A DNA stretch of 60,531 bases from a virus (lineage: Duplodnaviria; Caudoviricetes): the IMG/VR virus record IMGVR_UViG_3300044457_000011, positions 1 through 60,531 of that record. One strand, given 5' to 3'. Under the pieces are notes generated by a model. It ran no database searches. It had not been told where the DNA came from and worked only from the letters and a program-made list of their open reading frames with translations. Positions 25,921-35,739 of the stretch are shown here, piece by piece. The position numbers and the translations under genes were made by a program. Position 1 is the stretch's first letter; each line of letters starts with the position of its first letter.

Positions 25921-26364
25921 CTACCTTTCCGCCACGCTGGTGGCGATGTCATTGGCCACGTCATTGGCCATACGGCTGAGGGTATCGAGTTCACCGCCGG
26001 CGTGAATCGTGAGCAGAGACCGAATTAGGGAACCGAGTTCCTCATTCGAGAATTCGCGCAAGTCGCCGAGGTCCTCCCGTAAGAGATCCAGGAGCCGGGC
26101 GCGGAGAGCGGCCCTGGCTTCCGGGGGAAGTTGGGCGTCGACAATGGCGGCCAGGCCGGCGAGGAGTTGGTTTTCCGACCTGGCGACAATAAGGCAGCCG
26201 CGGGCGGCGCCGGCGGTGTGTACCGTATCGGCGTACCGCAGCACGTCGAGCAGCACCGGGTGCATCGATCGCCGGTCATCATGCAGTTTCCGCACGGCCG
26301 ATCGCAGTACGTCAATCAACACCGCAAGACGTGCAAACTCGTTAAACGAAACGTTGGTGATCAT
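25921..26364 (-). CDS. Hypothetical helical protein
   Basis: 147 aa; GAGG upstream; operon-like spacing. Confidence 0.65.
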   Translation of the reverse strand: MITNVSFNEFARLAVLIDVLRSAVRKLHDDRRSMHPVLLDVLRYADTVHTAGAARGCLIVARSENQLLAGLAAIVDAQLPPEARAALRARLLDLLREDLGDLREFSNEELGSLIRSLLTIHAGGELDTLSRMANDVANDIATSVAER

Positions 26365-26545
26365 AGAGACCTCGAGTGACTGATGCCGGTAAGCATCAGG
26401 AAGTTGGCCCGGCGAACGGGTATTGACGCCGGATAAGTGCGACGGGAGCGAGTCCCGCCGCCACCTTCAACTTAACTAGTCCGACAGTGTCGGCGTTGTT
26501 TGCGCTTGGCCGAATTCTCAGACTCGGTCACGTTCGCTTCGTTCT

Positions 26546-28249
26546 TCATGCCCGCGTTCCGTTCGCCTTCGCTCTGGCTTTGGCCTTCTCCTTCTTCTTC
26601 GCCTTCGCTTTGGCCGCGGCCCGGCGCCGTTCGAATTCCGATTGCATCCGGGTGGCGATCGTTTCGGCGAGTTCGGCGCCATTGACGCCGTAGGAGGCGG
26701 CCAGCGCCTTCAAGTCATCCATCCGGCTCTCTCCGGTTTCGGCGACGGCATCGGCCATGGCGAGGGCGATCGTCATGCGGGCCAGGTCGCCAGCGGCCGG
26801 TGTGCCAGGCTGGGCGCCGATGTATTTGTCGAACAGTTCGCGGGCGACCCCGTTCCCTTTCACGGTGTCCAGGTCGACATACTCCAGATTGGCGCACGCC
26901 AGGGCTTCAGAGTTGCCGTGCGGCACCAGCGACCAGGCGATACACTGCAGCGCTCCATGCGGGAAGCATTCGGATCCGTTGGATACCTCTCGCAGGACCG
27001 CCCGGAGGATTTCGCGGCGTTGTTCCCAGGAGATCTTTGACGGTAACGCCCGGGCGCGATCGGCCCACAGATCGCCCGACTTGCCAGCCCGTTCCGGACT
27101 TTGCCAGAAGGTGCAATCGGCGCAGCGCTCACTCCTGTGGATGACGGCCCGGCAGATGCGCGTCGACTTCCCGACGGTGGAGTCGGCAAAGATGGCCGGT
27201 TCCGAATGTGGGCACTCTTTCGCTTTCGGGACTTCGGCGTAGTCATGGGAGCCGATCGTGTTTGCCGCCAGGTGTTGCGGGACGGACGAGGATGCGCTGA
27301 TCTGGACGAGCGGCGTGCCGGCCGCGTCGGCGATCGCGACGGCGGCCGCCAGGTGAGCGGCCTGTTTCGCCGCGAAGCAGTTTCTATCCAGGCACCGGTC
27401 CTTCTTACCGAGTTCGATGGCATCGAACAGGCCGGGCGAGGCGCCGGTCCGCTTGGGGCATTGGCTGCAGGCGCCGGCGGCCGGGAGGAGGTCCGGGTCC
27501 TTCAACTTCCACGGCGCCGTAGATAGCTGCAGCATGTACTCGCTTCGCACCACCTCGGCGAGTTGCGAAACGGTAATAAGCGACTTCTCTTCTTCCCCTT
27601 TCTGGCGGTTCCAGGAGGTTCGCTCGAGGTGATTCTCGGCCACGTCGTTTTGGATATCGGCCGGCAGGGAAGCCAGCAGTGTGGCGTGCCCGATGTTGAT
27701 CACGCCGGAATAAAACATCTCGTAAATCGGTGTATCCAGCTTCATGAACTCCAGGCGCTGGCGGACATAGTTATCGGTCCGGGCGGTTTTGAGGGCCAGC
27801 GTGTGGATGTCATACCCGTCGAACTTCAGCAGTTTCTCGTAGGTGTATGCCTCCTCGAGCGGGTGGACGTCTTCCCGGTGGGCATTCTCCATAAGCTGCA
27901 TTTCGATGACTTGGGCGTCGGTCAGGTCCACAAAGTGGGCCAGGATAGTCGGCAGACCGAGCCGATCGTGCGCCCGGAGGCGGCGGGATCCGACGACGCA
28001 TTCAAACTGGACCCCTTTCCGGGTCCGCACCTTGGGATTCCATTTCCGGATGACGATCGGGCTGATCACTCCCATGGCGCGGATGGATTCAACGAGTTCC
28101 TGGAGTTTGACTTCGTCATATCGTTTGCGCGGATTCGTGGGGGATTCCGCGATCAGTTTCAATTCGACCGCGCGGACCGATTGCATTTCAATGGGCGCGG
28201 ACGGAGGTGGCAGGTTAGGCGGGGGAGTACTAGTCTGCGGGTGTGCCAT
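26546..28249 (-). CDS. ParB/RepB/Spo0J-family protein with Cys-rich central domain
   Basis: NPRK...LVESI...GVISPIVIR...VVGSRRLRA...ENAHREDVHPLEEA, an HTH, then CSQCPKRT...CLDRNC. Confidence 0.92.
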   Translation of the reverse strand: MAHPQTSTPPPNLPPPSAPIEMQSVRAVELKLIAESPTNPRKRYDEVKLQELVESIRAMGVISPIVIRKWNPKVRTRKGVQFECVVGSRRLRAHDRLGLPTILAHFVDLTDAQVIEMQLMENAHREDVHPLEEAYTYEKLLKFDGYDIHTLALKTARTDNYVRQRLEFMKLDTPIYEMFYSGVINIGHATLLASLPADIQNDVAENHLERTSWNRQKGEEEKSLITVSQLAEVVRSEYMLQLSTAPWKLKDPDLLPAAGACSQCPKRTGASPGLFDAIELGKKDRCLDRNCFAAKQAAHLAAAVAIADAAGTPLVQISASSSVPQHLAANTIGSHDYAEVPKAKECPHSEPAIFADSTVGKSTRICRAVIHRSERCADCTFWQSPERAGKSGDLWADRARALPSKISWEQRREILRAVLREVSNGSECFPHGALQCIAWSLVPHGNSEALACANLEYVDLDTVKGNGVARELFDKYIGAQPGTPAAGDLARMTIALAMADAVAETGESRMDDLKALAASYGVNGAELAETIATRMQSEFERRRAAAKAKAKKKEKAKARAKANGTRA

Positions 28250-28266
28250 GGGGGTTGGTGTCTCCT

Positions 28267-28467
28267 TTACGAGCGGCGGTTGGTTGGTTTAACCGGAGCC
28301 TTGGCGCACTTGGCGGCGAGAATCCGATTCACGTATAGGTACAGGGGGAGGGCTTCTAATGCGGCGAGGCTTTTAAGCTGGCGCATCAAATCTTTTGGGA
28401 CCGGAATATTCAACCGGACCGCGTCGGGATCAGCCACGCCATTTGGATGTTGTGCGAGGTCGGTCAT
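28267..28467 (-). CDS. Ribbon-helix-helix (Arc/CopG-like) regulator
   Basis: VRLNIPVPKDLMRQLKSLAA...LYLYVNRIL. Confidence 0.7.
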   Translation of the reverse strand: MTDLAQHPNGVADPDAVRLNIPVPKDLMRQLKSLAALEALPLYLYVNRILAAKCAKAPVKPTNRRS

Positions 28468-28574
28468 TGGCTGGAAGTGTAATAGGTTTGAAAGTAGTCT
28501 CGTTTCTTCACGGTGTTGAATTTAGACAAGATGTTTAAGTTATTGTCATTGCGTCGTTAAATTTCGGAGGCCAT
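28468..28574. promoter_or_regulatory. AT-rich divergent promoter region
   Basis: Separates the leftward and rightward operons; much more AT-rich than its flanks; contains a GACAA...TTGTC inverted pair. Confidence 0.55.
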
Positions 28575-28754
28575 ATGGACCAAGCACAGATTTCGGAATT
28601 AGAAAGGAAAGCGGCCATTAGCACGCTGGAATCCTTTGCTCGGTGGCTGGACGCACAGGCGGATCCGTGCGAAGCGCCCGACGAATTACGCCGGCGAATC
28701 GTGGCGTTGCAGAGCGTTGGCGCCAGCCATACGGCCGCTGGCACCACATGCTGA
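28575..28754 (+). CDS. Hypothetical protein, 59 aa (not in the ORF track)
   Basis: GGAGG RBS; MDQAQISELERKAAISTLESFARWLDAQ...; ATGCTGA overlap with the next gene. Confidence 0.6.
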   Translation: MDQAQISELERKAAISTLESFARWLDAQADPCEAPDELRRRIVALQSVGASHTAAGTTC

Positions 28755-29275
28755 ACGGACATTTAGTCGAACAAGTGGGCCGCGATCAGGAGACGATTTC
28801 ACTGATAAAGGAGCGGGCGCACCAGCCGGAATATCTGGCGGTTATGCGTCATATTCTTGCCGGGACGGTGGAGACATTCGAGGAAACGTTCCGAACTTTG
28901 AAGGAAGTTTCCGGCGACGATTTCTATCGCGATTGCATGGCATTCCAGGTCCAGGAGGCCGACCGGTCCGCGGCCGCCGGTCATGTCGAGCGGCGTCCCA
29001 ACGGGTTACTTCGGGCCGTTTGCCAGGAGGTCGATAGCTATGGCCTGGACCGGACTTTCACCACGCGGGACCTGGTTTGCGCGGTTGAGAAGCGCGGGTT
29101 CTCATTTGTCAGCCGGGTGCCGCGGCAGAGTGTGTATTTTGCCCTGCGTTCGCTCGAGAAGGCGGGGCGCGTCGAAATTGTCATCAGGGGCCACGGGCGT
29201 CTGATGAATATCTACCGGGCTATCGAAGGCCCGCAGTCCGTTCTCTATATGGAGGAGGTGTTACATGCCGGATGA
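28748..29275 (+). CDS. Hypothetical protein with C-terminal wHTH-like region
   Basis: FTTRDL...RQSVYFALRSLEKAGRVE...IYR. Confidence 0.65.
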   Translation: MLNGHLVEQVGRDQETISLIKERAHQPEYLAVMRHILAGTVETFEETFRTLKEVSGDDFYRDCMAFQVQEADRSAAAGHVERRPNGLLRAVCQEVDSYGLDRTFTTRDLVCAVEKRGFSFVSRVPRQSVYFALRSLEKAGRVEIVIRGHGRLMNIYRAIEGPQSVLYMEEVLHAG

Positions 29276-29465
29276 AGAAGAAGACACCCGCCGGTTGACC
29301 GGCGGCGACGTCATTGATATGCGCCAGCTTACGGAGGCCCGCCGCCGCCGCGCTGGTGTAGATACGAGGAAAAAGGCCGGGGGCGAACTGAAACCGCAAC
29401 CCGAGCCGGGCGTTGTACAGAAGCCGGAAACGAAGAGCGCGGAAGAATCCGAGCCGCGGGAATAG
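29265..29465 (+). CDS. Small charged hypothetical protein
   Basis: GGAGG RBS; 66 aa. Confidence 0.55.
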   Translation: MPDEEEDTRRLTGGDVIDMRQLTEARRRRAGVDTRKKAGGELKPQPEPGVVQKPETKSAEESEPRE

Positions 29466-29480
29466 GGAATACTTACCTCC

Positions 29481-30785
29481 ATGGCAAAATCCCCCACGCC
29501 GGCGGCGCCGCCCGTTGCCGGCCGATATGAGTATTGGCCCATCGCCAAACTGAAGCGGTTCAAGGGAAACGCGAAGATTCACCCGGAGGCGCAGATTGAC
29601 GATCTGGTGCGCTCCATCCAGCGTTTCGGTTTCGTCATGCCGATCCTGGTGCGGGCCTCGGGGGAGATCATCGCCGGCCACGGCCGTCTCGAGGCGGCCG
29701 AGCGGCTAGAGATGGCCGAGGTGCCCGTCCTGGTGAACGAGGCGCTGACGCCGGACCAGGCCCGCGCCTATCGCATCGCCGACAACAAGCTGTCGGAGGG
29801 TGGGATTTGGGACCACGAGCTCTTGGCGCGGGAGTTGCAGCACTTGGAGCTCGCCTTCGCCGACGAAGGTTCCCTCTCGAGCGTTCTTGGTTTCGATCCG
29901 GAGGAGTTGGCGATCCTGTTGTCGACGGTGGTCCGGACCAAGGACGAGACCGATCCGAAGACGCCGAACGCGGCGCCGGAACCGCCCGTCACGCCCGTCT
30001 CGCGATTGGGGGACCTGTGGGTGTTAGGCCGACACCGGCTGTACGTCGGGGACTCGCTCCTGTCGTCCACCATTCCCACGCTCATGGGCACGCTGAAGGC
30101 CGACCTGGTGATTACCGACCCGCCCTACAACGTGGACTATCAGGGCTACACCGAGGAGGAGTTGACGATCGAAGGCGACAAGATGCCGTTGAAGGAGTTT
30201 AAGGAGTTCCTGTTGCGAACTTTTGAAGCGTACCGGCGGACCATGAAGCGGACGGCGTCGTTGTATGTGTTCCATCCCTCGAGCTTCCAGCGCGAATTCG
30301 AGAATGCGTTGGTCCGCAGCGGCTTCACTGTCCGGTGCCAGATCATCTGGGCGAAGAACACCTTTGCGTGGGGCCACGGCCGCTACAAGTTCCAGCACGA
30401 GCCGTGTTTCTACGCCTATCAGAGCGGCGAAAAGGACCGCTGGTACGGCGACAAGGCGCAGTCGACGCTCTGGGAGTTCCCCAAGCCTTCGGCCAACCGG
30501 TTGCACCCGACCGCCAAGCCGGTGGAGTTGATCGAGCACGCGATGTTGAACAGCAGCCGGCCCGATGACCTGGTGCTCGACCTGTTCGGCGGATCCGGAT
30601 CGACGCTGATCGCGGCCGAGCGCCAGAAGCGGGTGGCTCGGATCGCCGAGTTAGATCCAAAGTACGCCGACGGGATCGTCAAGCGCTGGCAGGAACTCTC
30701 AGGAAGGGAGGCATTGCTTACCGATGGCGCACAAACATTCGCAAACGTCGAAGCGGAACGACTCAACGCAGCAGCAAATGTCTGA
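29481..30785 (+). CDS. ParB-N domain fused to an N6/N4 DNA methyltransferase (beta class)
   Basis: IIAGHGRLEAA...RIADNK; DPPY; HPTAKP; DLFGGSGST. Confidence 0.95.
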   Translation: MAKSPTPAAPPVAGRYEYWPIAKLKRFKGNAKIHPEAQIDDLVRSIQRFGFVMPILVRASGEIIAGHGRLEAAERLEMAEVPVLVNEALTPDQARAYRIADNKLSEGGIWDHELLARELQHLELAFADEGSLSSVLGFDPEELAILLSTVVRTKDETDPKTPNAAPEPPVTPVSRLGDLWVLGRHRLYVGDSLLSSTIPTLMGTLKADLVITDPPYNVDYQGYTEEELTIEGDKMPLKEFKEFLLRTFEAYRRTMKRTASLYVFHPSSFQREFENALVRSGFTVRCQIIWAKNTFAWGHGRYKFQHEPCFYAYQSGEKDRWYGDKAQSTLWEFPKPSANRLHPTAKPVELIEHAMLNSSRPDDLVLDLFGGSGSTLIAAERQKRVARIAELDPKYADGIVKRWQELSGREALLTDGAQTFANVEAERLNAAANV

Positions 30786-31266
30786 GTGGATTGCCGAACA
30801 AATGAATGATCCAGACTTTGCGGCCCGGCTTAGTGATATTGCTGCCCGCAGCCGTGCCAGCGAGATTCAACAAAGGAAGGACATGGAGAAGTTGCGGGCG
30901 TTATGTGCACAACTCGACGCGCGTGATGGCTTTTGCACAGCGGCCACTGCGGTCCGAGAATGGGCCGCGGAAATATTACTGGAGGAGTGTGCTGAACTCG
31001 ACAGCGCTTGTGGCGCCGGCACAGCGGCCGAGATAGGTGGCTTAGACGCCGAAGAATGGGTTCAGCACCTAAAGGCTGAGGATGCCGCTATTCGTGATCT
31101 GGTTCCCGGCACACCGGCCGCGATCGCAAAAGCGGCCGAGATTCGGCTAGGAACCTTAAAAATAGAGTTCCGCTATGCGGTTAAGGACTTCGAAGACGTT
31201 TACGGCGTCACAGCGGTGGAAGAGATCCTGCGTCATCACCAGCAAAGCAAACCGCCCACAGATTAA
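30778..31266 (+). CDS. Hypothetical protein
   Basis: Overlaps the methyltransferase stop; helical composition. Confidence 0.65.
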   Translation: MSEWIAEQMNDPDFAARLSDIAARSRASEIQQRKDMEKLRALCAQLDARDGFCTAATAVREWAAEILLEECAELDSACGAGTAAEIGGLDAEEWVQHLKAEDAAIRDLVPGTPAAIAKAAEIRLGTLKIEFRYAVKDFEDVYGVTAVEEILRHHQQSKPPTD

Positions 31267-31291
31267 CCGAATGTTCCACTTATCGCTACCT

Positions 31292-32251
31292 TTACGCGAG
31301 AACCTCCAACGCGGAGCGGTCGGCGTCCGCTCCCAGTTCGGGGATCGTAACGTCGCGCGGCGGGGTCAGTTCGCCCGGGAATTGGTGATACTCGAGTCGG
31401 CGGCCGTTCGGTTCCACCAGCCAGGGGCGGCGGCCGGGCAGCGCGGCCGAGTCCTGTTTGTAGAAGAAGGCGCACCCGGCAGCGGCGGCGCGATCGCGGA
31501 GTTCCCGCGCCCATTCCGGCTTCATTTTGCGGTACCCGCCGCCGCTCTCGCCGCCAACGATGATCTGGTGGATCCAGTTCAGGTTCAACGGCCCGAGGAG
31601 CAGATCGGCTTCGGCATCCGTCAGGCTCTCGAGCAGCGGTTCCATCGAAACGAACCGTACCAGCGCGGGCGAGTTTCGGAGGTACTCCATGCGCCACTTG
31701 GTGATCGGGTGGCCAACGCTGGTGCCGAGCCAGACGTTTTCCGGCCAGCCGTTTCGTGCCCACCGGCCGGTACTCCGCGAGGCGCGTTCGATGCGCTTGG
31801 TCAGGACCATGTAGATGTGCGGGGACCGGCGCATCTCGGCGAAGGCTTCGGCAATGTAGGCGTCAGGGACGAGGTCGTGGAAGAGGTCACCCATCGAGCA
31901 GACGAAGATGCGGTTGCGCTGCGATGGCGGCAGGTCCACCGGCTTAACGGGCAATTTGGCCCATTCGGCCATTCGGTCTGGGTGCAGGCGCACGTTCTCA
32001 CCGGCATGGTCCTCGAGCCACGGTTGGTTCGTGAATTTGTAGCGGTGCGAGATCGACTCGGCATAGCAGCGGATACATTCCGGGCTGGTGCCATGTTGGC
32101 GCCACTTGGTGAAAAGGCGATTCGTCCGGAGCGCCGCCGGCAGGGAGTCTTTGAGCAGGCTCCAGCCCTCCGGTGGGAGCGCGGCCGGTTTGCTGCAACC
32201 CGACACGATGTTCGAGGAATGGGTGGCCCAGGCGATTTTCGTCTTTTGCAT
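31292..32251 (-). CDS. DUF5131 (phage Gp37/Gp68) radical-SAM-like protein
   Basis: TKIAW...GC...SPECIRCYA, IFVCSMGDLFH, LTKR, NVWLGTSV, SMEPLL, IVGGESG, FFYKQ. Confidence 0.93.
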   Translation of the reverse strand: MQKTKIAWATHSSNIVSGCSKPAALPPEGWSLLKDSLPAALRTNRLFTKWRQHGTSPECIRCYAESISHRYKFTNQPWLEDHAGENVRLHPDRMAEWAKLPVKPVDLPPSQRNRIFVCSMGDLFHDLVPDAYIAEAFAEMRRSPHIYMVLTKRIERASRSTGRWARNGWPENVWLGTSVGHPITKWRMEYLRNSPALVRFVSMEPLLESLTDAEADLLLGPLNLNWIHQIIVGGESGGGYRKMKPEWARELRDRAAAAGCAFFYKQDSAALPGRRPWLVEPNGRRLEYHQFPGELTPPRDVTIPELGADADRSALEVLA

Positions 32252-32283
32252 AGCTCCACGATCATAGCCGGGTGGCTCCTGTG

Positions 32284-32877
32284 ATGGCCGCGGTGGAGTG
32301 GGTGTCGGTGGACGAGTGGGCCGCCCGCCACAAGATCACTCGCCAGGCGGCGTACAAGCGAATCAAGGATCACCAGATCCCGGTGCGGAACGGGAAGTTG
32401 AACGCCGACGAGGCCGATCGGATCTGGTTTGCGTCCTACAACCCGAGCAAGCAGAACGGGGGAGTGGCCGGCGGCCAGGCGGCAGCCGAGGCGCGGTCCG
32501 AGGCGCAGCCGACGCTGTTCGAGACGGACGACAAAACGAACGGCTTCGAACAGCTTCCCGATGCGCCCGAAGGGATGCGCGGCCGCTTGCCGCAGACGGC
32601 GCTCGGCCGGGTGCAATTGGCCCGCGATTTGGCCCGCGCCAATTGGGAGCGGATGCGCCTGGACCGGGAGCAAGGGAAGCTCGTTCCCATCAATGAGGTC
32701 ACCCGGTTCTATACCGAGATGCTGTTACGGGTTCGCGATGAACTATCGTCGGTGGGCGCCGAGACGATGAACTCGCTTGCCGACACCAATGACGCGATTG
32801 AGTGTTGTGAGATCGTGGACCGGCGCATCGAGAAGGCGCTCCGGTCAATATCTGAATGGAGGCCAGGACCAAAATGA
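32284..32877 (+). CDS. Terminase small subunit (Nu1-like)
   Basis: N-terminal HTH (WAARHKITRQAAYKRI) and C-terminal coiled coil RLDREQGKLVPINEV; upstream of the large subunit. Confidence 0.75.
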   Translation: MAAVEWVSVDEWAARHKITRQAAYKRIKDHQIPVRNGKLNADEADRIWFASYNPSKQNGGVAGGQAAAEARSEAQPTLFETDDKTNGFEQLPDAPEGMRGRLPQTALGRVQLARDLARANWERMRLDREQGKLVPINEVTRFYTEMLLRVRDELSSVGAETMNSLADTNDAIECCEIVDRRIEKALRSISEWRPGPK

Positions 32878-33425
32878 ACAATTACCGACTGCCAGCAGCC
32901 GCGATTTTTAACGGAAAGGACGCCGACCAGACGAAGCGGTTCTACTCGCTCCTGGAAACGTGCGGACCATTGGGCGCGATCGCGGTGAACGTGTTCCGCG
33001 CCTGTAAGAAGTCGACTCTCGCCAAGGTGTACCGGGGTGGAGACCGGCACGGTTCGTTTAAGGCTCAATCCTATGACCAGAAGCAGTGGGCGCTCGACCA
33101 ACTCTGCAAAACGCTGTTGGTTCACGGCCACGCCAAAAAGGTTATGTGGGGATGGAAGGAGGACCGCGCTGTTCTATTCGGGGAGGCCTCGAGTTGGGTC
33201 CTGTACCTTGATCTACCGTTCGGCAAGAACGAGGCCAAGCAAATCGTCTATCAGCAGGTCAGCTATCACTCTCCCAAGCGGGGCGTCGGCCCGGACTATG
33301 CCGGCGAGTGGGACGGCCGGCATGGCATGAGCAACCAGGTGGCGGTCGACTTCGCTGAATTCGTTTTGCAGCGGTCCGAGGAAAAGGCGGAGGCGAAAGC
33401 CGCGAAGGCGGCCGTGACACCATGA
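32874..33425 (+). CDS. Hypothetical phage protein
   Basis: ATGA coupling; LYLDLP...QVSYH...YAGEWDG. Confidence 0.75.
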   Translation: MNNYRLPAAAIFNGKDADQTKRFYSLLETCGPLGAIAVNVFRACKKSTLAKVYRGGDRHGSFKAQSYDQKQWALDQLCKTLLVHGHAKKVMWGWKEDRAVLFGEASSWVLYLDLPFGKNEAKQIVYQQVSYHSPKRGVGPDYAGEWDGRHGMSNQVAVDFAEFVLQRSEEKAEAKAAKAAVTP

Positions 33426-33721
33426 GAAACGAGGAGTCCCAATTGAGGAACCTATGGAGCCGAATCGAGGACCACGTCCTTCGCTTCATTCAAAAGCGCT
33501 GTGAGCATCCGGGCCATATGGTCGCCTTAGACATCCTGGAAGGCGGCGCCGATGGCTTTGCGGTGACGTATTGCAATCGCTGTGGGTCAGTGAGAACGGA
33601 TTGGAAGTTGGCGCACGGGTTTCGCAAGTACGTTGACCCGGCCGTTAGTTGGCGCACGCCAGATCCGTTTCTATGGCGTGAGACAGGGTGGCTGGCGGCG
33701 TCGTCTAAACCGAAGCAATGA
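33422..33721 (+). CDS. Hypothetical protein with CxH...CxxC
   Basis: ATGA-coupled on both sides. Confidence 0.65.
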   Translation: MRNEESQLRNLWSRIEDHVLRFIQKRCEHPGHMVALDILEGGADGFAVTYCNRCGSVRTDWKLAHGFRKYVDPAVSWRTPDPFLWRETGWLAASSKPKQ

Positions 33722-35658
33722 CGCCGGGGGGTGATTACGGGTACCACCCGGCGCTGCTCGAGTTGATGAAGTGTTTCGCGCCGAAGGAGCGGCCGGCAAT
33801 GGCCGCGTGGGCCGAGGAACACTTCCGGCTGTCATCGTCCTACTCGGCCGAGACGAACCTGATCACGTTGGACCCGTTCCAGGTGGAGCCGTGCAACGCG
33901 TTCAGCGACCCGCGGGTCCGCCAGATCACGCTGATGAGCTCGACGCAGCTTTTCAAAACCCTACTCATGCAGATCGGCATGGCCTGGGGTGTCGTCAACG
34001 ATCCCGGGCCGATGTTGTTCGTGGGTTTCAAGGATTCCGACGTCGAGAAGTTTTCCAAGGAACGGTTTTCGCCGATGATGCACGACATCGAGCCGTTGGC
34101 GGCCGTCTCGATTCCGCTCAAGGGCCGCGAGTCGGGAAATACGATCGACCAGAAGCTGTTTACGAACGGCGCGTCGATCGACTTCGTTGGCTCTGGATCG
34201 CCGGCCAATCTCGCGCGCCGGACCATAAAGTTCCTGTTTTGCGATGAGGTGGACAAGTGGGAAGTGGACCGCCGCGAAGGGGAGCCGCTCGACTTGGCCC
34301 GCGCCCGCCTGGCGAGGTACTTTAACCGCTCTAAGCTCGTGGTCGCGTGCAGTCCCACGCTCGAGGGATCCAGCCGGATTGCCGCCGAGTTTGAGCAGTC
34401 CGACCAGCGCTATCCGTATGTAGCCTGTCCGTTTTGCCAGGAGATGCAAATTCTTCGCTGGCATAACGTGAAGTTCGACTCCGACTTGCCGCCGCGGGAG
34501 GCTGGCGCCGGCGCCCGCATTATCTGTACCTCGTGTAAGCAGCCCTGGACGGACCAGCAGCGGCGTTGGGCCTGCAAGCACACGCACCAGTGGCGGGCGC
34601 ACCGCCCGTTCGAAGGGCACGCCGGGTTTTGGATTTCGCACCTGAACAGCACGTTGCCGGTGCATTCGCTCGAGGAGATGGTGGTCGACTGGTTGCGGGT
34701 CAAGGACGATCCGACCAAGCGCATTGTGTTCAAGAACACCCGTCTCGCCGAGTTGTACACGCTCGACGGAGAACGGCCGGACCACACCTCGCTGCGGGAC
34801 CGGGCCGAGCCGTATCACATCCGGGGTGTCGATCTGGTGTTGCCCGAGGGCGCCGAGGCGATCGTGGCCGGCGCGGACGTCCAGGCCCGCCGCATCGAAG
34901 TCCAGACGCTGGGCATCGGCCTTATCGACGGCAATCTGCATATTTGGGTAGTCGATTACAACACCATCGAACTGCTCGACCACAACAACATTTCGACGGT
35001 GACTTCGGCGGCCGCCTATTGGACGGAGATGAAGCGACTACTCCATCGGACGTACCGGACACCGAGCGGCGTCCGGCTGCCGATTCTCGCCATGGCCGTC
35101 GATTGCGCTCACCAGGCCGAGGAGGTCTATAAGTTCAGCCAGTCCGAGAATCGACCGCTCCACAGTCAGGTCGGCGTCCTGATCAACTCTCCGCGCACGG
35201 TCGTTTGTATCCGCGGCTATGACACCGAAGCAATGACGCCCATTCACGGCGTCAGCGATCGCGAATCGGCGCGAATGCGGAAGGGCGCCGGCCAGGACAT
35301 CCCGATCGTGACGCTGGGGACGGGATATCTGAAAACTGCGTTATATGGCGCTCTGCAGAGCCCGACCAGCTCGTGGCGGATTCACTTCTCCGAGGACCTT
35401 TCGCCCGACTACTATCGCGGCCTCGCCAGCGAACGCCAGATTGTTTCAAACGGAAAGATTAAGTGGGATCCCGTCTATCCACGCAACGAGCCGCTCGACA
35501 CGTTCGTGTACGGCATGGGCGCGATGTATTTGCTCCGGATTGACCGGTGGCCGCAGGCTGATTGGAACACCTACCGGCGCAAGTTCGGCTTGAGCAGCGA
35601 GAAGGCGCCGGCTGTCGCATCCCAGTCGTTTCAATCCCCATACATTTCCGACAAGTGA
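33718..35658 (+). CDS. terL: Terminase large subunit, lambda GpA family
   Basis: SSTQLFKT, FCDEVDK, CSPT, SDQR...CPFC, GADVQ, AVD, RNEPLDT. Confidence 0.95.
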   Translation: MTPGGDYGYHPALLELMKCFAPKERPAMAAWAEEHFRLSSSYSAETNLITLDPFQVEPCNAFSDPRVRQITLMSSTQLFKTLLMQIGMAWGVVNDPGPMLFVGFKDSDVEKFSKERFSPMMHDIEPLAAVSIPLKGRESGNTIDQKLFTNGASIDFVGSGSPANLARRTIKFLFCDEVDKWEVDRREGEPLDLARARLARYFNRSKLVVACSPTLEGSSRIAAEFEQSDQRYPYVACPFCQEMQILRWHNVKFDSDLPPREAGAGARIICTSCKQPWTDQQRRWACKHTHQWRAHRPFEGHAGFWISHLNSTLPVHSLEEMVVDWLRVKDDPTKRIVFKNTRLAELYTLDGERPDHTSLRDRAEPYHIRGVDLVLPEGAEAIVAGADVQARRIEVQTLGIGLIDGNLHIWVVDYNTIELLDHNNISTVTSAAAYWTEMKRLLHRTYRTPSGVRLPILAMAVDCAHQAEEVYKFSQSENRPLHSQVGVLINSPRTVVCIRGYDTEAMTPIHGVSDRESARMRKGAGQDIPIVTLGTGYLKTALYGALQSPTSSWRIHFSEDLSPDYYRGLASERQIVSNGKIKWDPVYPRNEPLDTFVYGMGAMYLLRIDRWPQADWNTYRRKFGLSSEKAPAVASQSFQSPYISDK

Positions 35659-35739
35659 ACTCGCCGGTTTTCATTCCCACTACATTTCCCCTCTGATACG
35701 TTTCAGGACTCGGGCGTTCATGAGTACACTCCGGGTTAT

